Below are positions 7,081-13,352 of a stretch of DNA of 20,000 nucleotides, one piece after another. This DNA is from an uncultured virus (IMG/VR IMGVR_UViG_3300043803_002450). Lineage: Duplodnaviria > Heunggongvirae > Uroviricota > Caudoviricetes. A program made the translations under genes and the position numbers. Each line of letters begins with the position of its first letter. Position 1 is the first letter of the stretch. The notes under the pieces were generated by a model that had not been told where the DNA came from, did no database searches, and saw only the letters and a program-made list of their open reading frames with translations. The stretch lies in the IMG/VR virus record IMGVR_UViG_3300043803_002450; one strand, written 5' to 3'.

Positions 7081-7290
7081 GTGAAAAGCTGGCAGGAACA
7101 GCTCGCCAATTTGGCAGTAAGCGTAACGGCCGGCATGCTTCTGGCCACTGGTGGCACGATGGTTGGCATTGGAATGCAACAGGCTCGAATTACTGAGCAA
7201 GTGGAGACTGTCACTGAAAAGCTGGATGCCCTGACCAATAATATGAAGGACTTAGAAGTGCGAGTGCGCTCCCTCGAAATTCGACGCTAG
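7081..7290 (+). CDS. membrane-anchored coiled-coil protein (lysis cassette)
   Basis: Hydrophobic N-terminal helix followed by a heptad repeat ending RVRSLE; lies upstream of the endolysin; GTG start. Confidence 0.6.
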   Translation: MKSWQEQLANLAVSVTAGMLLATGGTMVGIGMQQARITEQVETVTEKLDALTNNMKDLEVRVRSLEIRR

Positions 7291-7315
7291 GCTTAAGCAA
7301 ACGCTTTTGATTTCC

Positions 7316-7459
7316 ATGACCTCCATCGAATGGTTCGTGATTGGTGGCATCATCATCGCTGCTGTTGATCAAGTTATCGAAAAGACTCCCTACAAGAGCA
7401 ACAATATCATTCAACTCATTCTGACAGGCCTCAAAGCAATCTTTCGCGTGAAGGGCTGA
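7316..7459 (+). CDS. putative small holin-like protein (47 aa)
   Basis: Manual translation MTSIEWFVIGGIIIAAVDQVIEKTPYKSNNIIQLILTGLKAIFRVKG. Two hydrophobic or amphipathic segments and a basic C-terminus, ending 3 nt before the endolysin ATG. Confidence 0.6.
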   Translation: MTSIEWFVIGGIIIAAVDQVIEKTPYKSNNIIQLILTGLKAIFRVKG

Positions 7460-7462
7460 CGA

Positions 7463-8407
7463 ATGTCCGCCGAGCGAGTATTCTGGGATCAGTGCTTTGC
7501 TATTGCCCGCAAATGCGGGGCACGGTTTCCAGAGCTCGTAGCGGCTCAATGTTGTCTTGAAAGTGGTTTTGGCAAGCACTTTTCTGGCGCCAACAACGTC
7601 TTGGGACTTAAGGGAGACGGGACGACCGTCTCTACCAAAGAGTTTTACGATGGTCAGTGGGTAACGATTAAGGCTGGCTTTCTTGACTTTCCAAGCATTG
7701 CCGCCTGTATTGAATACCTTATCACTCGTTGGTACAAGGACTACCGCCATTTCAAGGGCATCAACAATGCCCCCAACCGCTACGCAGCGGCTCGGATGCT
7801 TTATCAACAGAAATACGCGACGGACCCTGACTACCCGACGAAGCTTTCTAAGTTGATGAAACAATACGCTCCTGAATCAACAACTGTCACCATGATTGGC
7901 CCCAAGAAGCGTCCTCAAGATTTTGGTTTTAAGCAAGGCGATTCGCATCTTATTGTGAACGATGCCAGCGAAACCATGAAAGCTTTTTCCTTCGAGGGAA
8001 AGCTGCTATGGGAGATTCCTTGCTTGGCTCGGGGGCAATATAGTGACTTCGAGTGGAAGCTGCAAAAATCTGACACTCCTCCGGGGCTTTACCGGCTCGG
8101 TCAGCTTTACAACGACTACGCCCTTCATGGCGACAAGGCCCCTTACGACAGGACGCTCATGGCATATGGCTGGGCCTTTTATGACATGATCGAGCTAGAG
8201 GGCCAGGAAAAAGGAACTGGACGTGCTGGAATTGGTCTCCATGGAGGCGGCAGTGCGCTGGGATGGCCTGGAGCCTGGGCACCTAAGCAAGCGCTTGTGG
8301 CAACTCACGGTTGTTGCAGGATCTTCAATCAAGACCTTATCAACAAAGTACTTCCGCTCTACAGAAAAGGAACGGTGTTCGTAAGCGTTTTTCAAGAAAG
8401 TCAATGA
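7463..8407 (+). CDS. endolysin: GH73 glucosaminidase plus L,D-transpeptidase (YkuD-like) domain
   Basis: N-terminal AAQCCLESGFG, NNVLGLKG and YATDPDY (FlgJ/GH73). C-terminal TPPGLY, IGLHGG and THGCCRI (YkuD His/Cys motif). Confidence 0.87.
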   Translation: MSAERVFWDQCFAIARKCGARFPELVAAQCCLESGFGKHFSGANNVLGLKGDGTTVSTKEFYDGQWVTIKAGFLDFPSIAACIEYLITRWYKDYRHFKGINNAPNRYAAARMLYQQKYATDPDYPTKLSKLMKQYAPESTTVTMIGPKKRPQDFGFKQGDSHLIVNDASETMKAFSFEGKLLWEIPCLARGQYSDFEWKLQKSDTPPGLYRLGQLYNDYALHGDKAPYDRTLMAYGWAFYDMIELEGQEKGTGRAGIGLHGGGSALGWPGAWAPKQALVATHGCCRIFNQDLINKVLPLYRKGTVFVSVFQESQ

Positions 8408-8811
8408 ACTGGCGGGAATGGTTCCTCGCGCTTTGTTACGAGCTAGCCCTTGAGCTGGCCAAACAACGCCCTTCCATCGTTTCCCAGTGGTGGTATAAAC
8501 AGCTTTTGGAATGGTGCAGGCCTGCGTGGGTGGAACGGAAAACGCAAACGACGTTACAGGCCGTTGACAAGCAGGCTGCAACATTGGTTGAGCAATGGGA
8601 GAAAGAAGAGCGAGAGCATCGCTCAGAAACTCTTGCCGCCAAAGCTCAGGAGCTTTTCCCGAGGGCTACTGTGACGCCTTTGCTCGACGCAGTGGTGCCA
8701 AGCGTGATGATCGTCCACGAAGCGCCAGACGATGCCAGCGAGGCAATCAAGGCCCTTGGCGCAGAACTCCGCATCACTTGGACACTCGGGAATCAAGACC
8801 CATCCCAATAA
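8404..8811 (+). CDS. hypothetical protein
   Basis: ATG 8404 overlaps the endolysin stop (ATGA); 135 aa, MNWREWFLALC... Confidence 0.65.
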   Translation: MNWREWFLALCYELALELAKQRPSIVSQWWYKQLLEWCRPAWVERKTQTTLQAVDKQAATLVEQWEKEEREHRSETLAAKAQELFPRATVTPLLDAVVPSVMIVHEAPDDASEAIKALGAELRITWTLGNQDPSQ

Positions 8812-9124
8812 AGTTGTGCAGCGCCATGTAGTGCGCAAGTCCATCGCCATATTCCAGCCCAAACACGTCATAAACGGCCCATCGATAAGAACCGCGATCT
8901 TCCACTTCGGCGCGATACATCAGTTTTGCAATCTGCCGGAAAGCCCTTGCCCGGCTTTCGTAGTCCAAGCTGTCCCACCAAGCGTCATCGCTTGCTTGCT
9001 GACTTCGTTCAAAAGCCGCAAAGGATTCTTGAAGCTTTTTCAATTCAGGCGAGTTCAAGAAATCGCCAAGAGACCGTTTCCCCTCGCTGGCAATTAAATC
9101 ATCTTGTCCCTCAAGGCCTTCCAT
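8774..9124 (-). CDS. hypothetical phage protein
   Basis: Protein-like ORF (WWDSLDYE...GSYRWAVYDVFG...YMALHN) at the end of the minus-strand run; start uncertain. Confidence 0.6.
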   Translation of the reverse strand: MEGLEGQDDLIASEGKRSLGDFLNSPELKKLQESFAAFERSQQASDDAWWDSLDYESRARAFRQIAKLMYRAEVEDRGSYRWAVYDVFGLEYGDGLAHYMALHNFIGMGLDSRVSK

Positions 9125-9276
9125 TTGCGCAATTCCTTTTCGTGATAATTTAACCACGAATCAATGGCCGCGACAATCGTTTCGTAACAGGCATCCGCAC
9201 AATCTTCGTCTGTCATTAGCTCTTGCAAGATTTCGGCAAGCGCTTCTTGCTGGCTTTCCCTAAAACCTAGTTCCAA
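9094..9276 (-). CDS. hypothetical phage protein
   Basis: 60 aa helical ORF with a TTG start, directly downstream of the 407 aa gene. Confidence 0.6.
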   Translation of the reverse strand: MELGFRESQQEALAEILQELMTDEDCADACYETIVAAIDSWLNYHEKELRKWKALRDKMI

Positions 9277-9300
9277 GGCAATGGTCCGCGAAAGTGCTTT

Positions 9301-10524
9301 CTATACTACTTCCACCCAGCCAATCATGCCCAAGGCTTTGGCGCTGGTAGAACTGTCAACAGTCAAAATAAGAGTGTCACTCACTCCAGAAGCATTTTGT
9401 CCGAGGGCAAGACGAATGGCCTCTGCCGCTGTATAGTTATTGGCACTGCCTTGGCTGACGAAGCCAGAGTCGATAACCGTGCCTCCCGTAGCAGTGCCGC
9501 TTGTCGTCACTTCTACATTTCCACGGCCATTGTTTGCCGCTGTCCACGTAACGCCTGAAAGGGTCGGGTTGAGACGCAAGCGCCATAGCACCACGTCACT
9601 GGTGGCGATAGTCGTTGAAATGCGAACTGGCAAGATTACATTTCCAGTGCGACCGCTAGCCATTCGAATGCCTGCTGTAATTCTTTCGCCAGACGTATTA
9701 GGAACAGCCGCAAGATCATGGCTAACAGAATAAATTGCGCCGTCCGGTTCGTAGCCTCCTTCGCTAAGGACACTGCAGCAAATCTGCTTCATCGTCGCGC
9801 CAGAGGCTTGAGCAGTTGCATTGTAAATTCGGTATGACATTGGCAAAATAGCAGTTGTCATGTAAACGCTATTTAGCGCATTAAAATGCTCAAATTCATG
9901 GCAGTAAGTCACTTCTCCATTGACAACAAACCCACACCTCACACGTCCAACGCCAAGCCACTCCAAGTCAGCAGCAAAGATTTGCGCTTTTGAAAAATCA
10001 AGGGAGCTCAGTGTATTTATGTTCCAGGATGATTGATTAACGACATTTTCAACCACTGCGCCAGAAGAATAGCTTCTAATGACAAACTGAACCGTGGTTC
10101 CACTAGCTCGAACCATCACTCCATTTTGATCATTAAACAAACCAGCCTCTTGAATAAGCCCAGAAGCCAATGGAGCGCCGGCAAAACTTTGCAAAAGCAT
10201 CATACTCTTGCCTGCTTGATAGGGGAAATTTTGCTTGGTGCGGCGAAGAACTGTATCGCCAGAAGCCGTGGTGACTGTCATCGCCACGCTGCTTTCATTT
10301 GTCAAGAAGTTAGAAGTGCCACTGCCAACAATGCTGTCGAACCATTGATCAGGGCGCTTGTCATAGCGCATTGTGCTGTCAAACAGCGTATAAGGACTGC
10401 TTGTACGCTGTCTTCCAAAGGCATCGACAGCGCCACTATCTACGCCACTTTGAACAAGTTGGCCTCGATAGTCGGCAAGAATGTGAGTTTCAAACTGCTC
10501 TCCACCCTTTACAACTTGTGCCAC
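9301..10524 (-). CDS. conserved phage protein, probably virion-associated (beta-rich)
   Basis: DAFGRQRTSSPYTLFDS...YQAGKS...DLEWLGVGRVRCGF...TAILP is a pattern I recognise from cyanophage-type proteins. Ser/Thr/Gly rich, with a GAGG RBS before GTG. Confidence 0.7.
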   Translation of the reverse strand: MAQVVKGGEQFETHILADYRGQLVQSGVDSGAVDAFGRQRTSSPYTLFDSTMRYDKRPDQWFDSIVGSGTSNFLTNESSVAMTVTTASGDTVLRRTKQNFPYQAGKSMMLLQSFAGAPLASGLIQEAGLFNDQNGVMVRASGTTVQFVIRSYSSGAVVENVVNQSSWNINTLSSLDFSKAQIFAADLEWLGVGRVRCGFVVNGEVTYCHEFEHFNALNSVYMTTAILPMSYRIYNATAQASGATMKQICCSVLSEGGYEPDGAIYSVSHDLAAVPNTSGERITAGIRMASGRTGNVILPVRISTTIATSDVVLWRLRLNPTLSGVTWTAANNGRGNVEVTTSGTATGGTVIDSGFVSQGSANNYTAAEAIRLALGQNASGVSDTLILTVDSSTSAKALGMIGWVEVV

Positions 10525-10548
10525 GATTCATCCTCATTTCCCTCTATC

Positions 10549-10785
10549 CTAATCTTTCTGGTTTCCATAAGCCTCATCGTATTCCGTGGCAATCGAAATC
10601 ATGGCGTCAGAAACACTCTGTGGTGCGTAGCCGCAAGCCATCATGAACTGATAGAAAGCCCTTGCCACTGCAGGAGCGGCATCGGCACTGTAAACGTGAT
10701 TGATTTCTTGATACGAACAAGTATCGTGGCAAACTCCATCATCAGAAAAACGATGGGAAAAGGAAATTGTGTTGACCACTGCCAT
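10549..10785 (-). CDS. hypothetical protein
   Basis: 78 aa ORF in the minus-strand gene run. Confidence 0.6.
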   Translation of the reverse strand: MAVVNTISFSHRFSDDGVCHDTCSYQEINHVYSADAAPAVARAFYQFMMACGYAPQSVSDAMISIATEYDEAYGNQKD

Positions 10786-10791
10786 TGCATG

Positions 10792-10822
10792 AAAAAGGAG
10801 GCCCCGTCATGGTAGCCTCCTT
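10792..10822 (-). terminator. putative intrinsic terminator
   Basis: Minus strand AAGGAGGC-TACCATGACGGG-GCCTCCTT-TTT: an inverted repeat with a U tract, 15 nt after the stop at 10838. Confidence 0.6.
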
Positions 10823-10837
10823 GTCCTGATAGGTCAA

Positions 10838-10978
10838 TTAACGATTGCCCTGGCCAATCCTTAGTTTTCGACCGTGGCTTGGCTTGCTATTTTTGCCGTT
10901 GCCTTGTCTGGTGGTTTTGGGCTGACTGATAATAATGCGTTTCGAGCTCGAGGCGCCCGCTTTTGCCTTTACTGCCAT
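10838..10978 (-). CDS. small highly basic protein (46 aa)
   Basis: Manual translation MAVKAKAGASSSKRIIISQPKTTRQGNGKNSKPSHGRKLRIGQGNR. Its ATG overlaps the upstream TAA (TAATG). The TRQGxG...GQG pattern recurs in cyanophage small proteins. Confidence 0.65.
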   Translation of the reverse strand: MAVKAKAGASSSKRIIISQPKTTRQGNGKNSKPSHGRKLRIGQGNR

Positions 10979-11505
10979 TAGAAGCCGCTGGTAGTACTAT
11001 TCGAAAACATCATAGTGTCGTCGTTCGACTCTGAAACTGGCTGTGGCGCGTAAGGATCAGCGGGCCACACGGGGTAGTTGGCGCCAGTGATGTAGGCAGC
11101 GAGATCAGTGGTGTCAAGGGTGTCACGAATTACTCCCACCTTCACGCCGGTAGCCAGGCGGATGTCCTCGCGCCAAGTCTTAAGCAGTGGGTCAGCAGCT
11201 TTGCCGTTGTCAGCTTCGCGGATGATGATCCAGTCCGTAGGGGCCAGCAGCGTGTTCGCCGTGGTGCGCGTCTGCGCCACCCACTGCTCGACCAGTTGCG
11301 TGTGGTCCTTCGGGATCAGCTCGCCCTCGGCGTCGTAGCCCCAGTAAAAACGTTGGTCGTAAACCGGAGGGTCAGGTACTTCAGTGATACCAATGGCTGC
11401 ACGTTCTTCTGGGCTGCTTAATCTCAGAAAATTAGCCGGGTACTGAATCCCATCGTGCGTGAAGGCCACGTCTGGGGCCAAGGGTTTGCCGTCAAGAAGG
11501 AACAC
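10978..11505 (-). CDS. tail-fibre-associated / fibre assembly-like protein
   Basis: GTG 11505 gives (M)FLLDGKPLAPDVAFTHDGIQYPANFLRL...DQRFYWG...LLAPTDWIIIR...WREDIR...WP. The TDW...R...WP pattern is typical of tail fibre chaperones. Confidence 0.72.
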   Translation of the reverse strand: MFLLDGKPLAPDVAFTHDGIQYPANFLRLSSPEERAAIGITEVPDPPVYDQRFYWGYDAEGELIPKDHTQLVEQWVAQTRTTANTLLAPTDWIIIREADNGKAADPLLKTWREDIRLATGVKVGVIRDTLDTTDLAAYITGANYPVWPADPYAPQPVSESNDDTMMFSNSTTSGF

Positions 11506-11532
11506 AAGTGCTGGAGCGGGAAGTCTCAGTGT

Positions 11533-11538
11533 ATTATA
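11533..11538 (-). promoter_or_regulatory. -10 element (TATAAT) upstream of the fibre-associated gene
   Basis: Perfect TATAAT on the minus strand, 27 nt upstream of GTG 11505; no clear -35. Confidence 0.45.
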
Positions 11539-11563
11539 CCCTGACCCTGGCATACTCCATTCC

Positions 11564-12412
11564 ATGCATAAAACCCTTCAGCAGGCTTGGCTCGAATTCA
11601 AGCAGGAACGAAGTACCGTTGTCCACCCGACCACGTTTGAGGCCGATTACAAGCAGGTGAGCAAATGGATTGAACGATGCCCCATAACCGACTTAAAAGA
11701 AGGACGGCAGGTCATGACGTGGGTGCTGTCGCAAAGTCCAGTAAAAAGCACGCGGCGAGTTGCGATGTACATCAAGTCGCTCTATCGGTGGGCTTCAAGC
11801 GAGGATATTGGCTATCTAGAACGAAATCCAATCACCACTTTTCGCATGCCAAAACCCCCTCAGGCAGACGAGGAAATCATTGTTATACCGCGCAATGAAG
11901 TGTCGCTTTTACTGTCTGCCTTTGAGGCGCGTCAACACAAGCACAATTGGGCTGCCTATTCAGAATTCATGCTTCAAACTGCCATGAGGACAGGCGAAGT
12001 AAGGGCATTGCGATGGGAAGACATTAAGGACAATCGCGCCCTTGTTCACAGCAATTACACTCTCACCCATGGCCTTAAGAACAGCACAAAAACAAACAAA
12101 AAACGAGCAGTGCCATTAAATGGCAGGTGCTTGGAAATTTTGAGCACGATGGAAGGGGATAATGATTTCATTTTTCCGTATAATCGCTACGCTTTTCAAT
12201 CCTTCTTCTACGACAGGGCTAAAGAGCTGTACGCCGCTGGCCTCACTTCCCATCGCTATCGGCCATATGACCTGCGTCACACTGCGATCAGCAGGTGGAT
12301 AGAGGGAGGCATTCCCGTGGCGCAAGTAGCTAAATGGGCGGGAAATAGTTCAGAAGTGATTTGGAAGCACTACTGCAATGTCACTCAAGAATACGAAATG
12401 CCCGTGCTCTGA
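11564..12412 (+). CDS. tyrosine recombinase/integrase (cyanobacterial XisA-like catalytic variant)
   Basis: TAMRTGEVRALRWED (R), TKT (K), YDLRHTAIS (YxxR in place of HxxR), WAGNS and KHY (catalytic Y). 282 aa from ATG 11564. Confidence 0.92.
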   Translation: MHKTLQQAWLEFKQERSTVVHPTTFEADYKQVSKWIERCPITDLKEGRQVMTWVLSQSPVKSTRRVAMYIKSLYRWASSEDIGYLERNPITTFRMPKPPQADEEIIVIPRNEVSLLLSAFEARQHKHNWAAYSEFMLQTAMRTGEVRALRWEDIKDNRALVHSNYTLTHGLKNSTKTNKKRAVPLNGRCLEILSTMEGDNDFIFPYNRYAFQSFFYDRAKELYAAGLTSHRYRPYDLRHTAISRWIEGGIPVAQVAKWAGNSSEVIWKHYCNVTQEYEMPVL

Positions 12413-12438
12413 CCAATTAACCTTTTCTTCCTATTCCC

Positions 12439-12663
12439 ATGACTGACGAACAAATTCAAGAGATCATGTACATGCACGCAAACTGCTTCACCAATTACAT
12501 CTGCTTCAGCGATCAGGGCGTGCTCGACTTTGCCCGTGCCGTACTGGACCAGGCTGGATACAAAACACCAGAGCCGCAACCCGAGCCTATCGGAGCAAGT
12601 TATGCCGACGCTATGTGGCGATTTTCGGAAAGCGTGGACAAACTGCAGGGGAAGTTGGAATGA
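12439..12663 (+). CDS. hypothetical protein
   Basis: 74 aa ORF with DFARAVL, downstream of the recombinase and abutting the convergent gene exactly. Confidence 0.6.
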   Translation: MTDEQIQEIMYMHANCFTNYICFSDQGVLDFARAVLDQAGYKTPEPQPEPIGASYADAMWRFSESVDKLQGKLE

Positions 12664-12888
12664 CTACTGGGCTTCAAGTTCGGTGGCAATGGCGAGGAAT
12701 TGCTCTCGAATTAAATCAGCCTTTTCGTACCAGCAGTTGTCAATAATCTCGTGCTCAACCGGCACCACCTGATCCGCAGCAGCTCGCAGGGCGGCGGCAG
12801 CAATCTCCCGGGAGTAACACTCAGGGTTGATCTCGTACTGCATGGCAGCATCCAGCACAGCCTGCGCGGGGGGAGAGAGGTCAGTCAT
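12664..12888 (-). CDS. hypothetical cyanophage-type small protein
   Basis: MTDLSPPAQAVLDAA...AAALRAAADQVVP...LAIATELEAQ. ATG 12888 overlaps the upstream stop (ATGACTGA). Confidence 0.7.
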   Translation of the reverse strand: MTDLSPPAQAVLDAAMQYEINPECYSREIAAAALRAAADQVVPVEHEIIDNCWYEKADLIREQFLAIATELEAQ

Positions 12889-13246
12889 TGATCTGCTCCA
12901 GTGCGCGAAGAAGGATGTTGTAATGGGCTGAGTCCAGTTCAGCATCATCCAGTATTGCCAACGCCTGCTCCTTCAAGCTCAGTGGCTTGGGGCGGCGTGC
13001 GGCACGGAGTTGTCGTGATTCACCAGACCAACCTTCTCGATTTAGCCATTCACAGCACGCCTGCAGCTCCTGGTCGGCAGCGGCCTGGATCTCGGGTCCG
13101 CGTTGATCCCAGCCCCATTGCGCGGCCATTGAGACAACATAATCTTCTGCTTCTGAGCCCGTGTACTGACGGTGGTTGCTTTCTTCCCACCACTGCTGCA
13201 CCAGCTCCGGCGGTGGCGTTATCGGGTGCTTGTAATCTTGGGTCAT
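12881..13246 (-). CDS. hypothetical cyanophage-type small protein
   Basis: HPITPPPELVQQW...ADQELQACCEWL...LRAARRPKPLSLKEQAL; GGAGG RBS upstream. Confidence 0.75.
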   Translation of the reverse strand: MTQDYKHPITPPPELVQQWWEESNHRQYTGSEAEDYVVSMAAQWGWDQRGPEIQAAADQELQACCEWLNREGWSGESRQLRAARRPKPLSLKEQALAILDDAELDSAHYNILLRALEQIND

Positions 13247-13352
13247 CGTCGATCCTCCAATCGGCGGTCATGGGGCAGGGTGTTAGCGCACCGCTGCTCC
13301 ACCACATTACCATCCTGACAAGCCGCCACACAGGTCTTGTTCTCTAGTGGGG

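Noticed and set aside
10033..10815. 260-aa + strand ORF
   Set aside because: Antisense to two better-supported minus-strand genes; composition is not protein-like.
11506..12438. attP or tRNA fragment flanking the recombinase
   Set aside because: No tRNA-like sequence or convincing repeat pair found by eye. Short matches such as CTAGTGGG/CTACTGGG and CAATTAAC are within chance.
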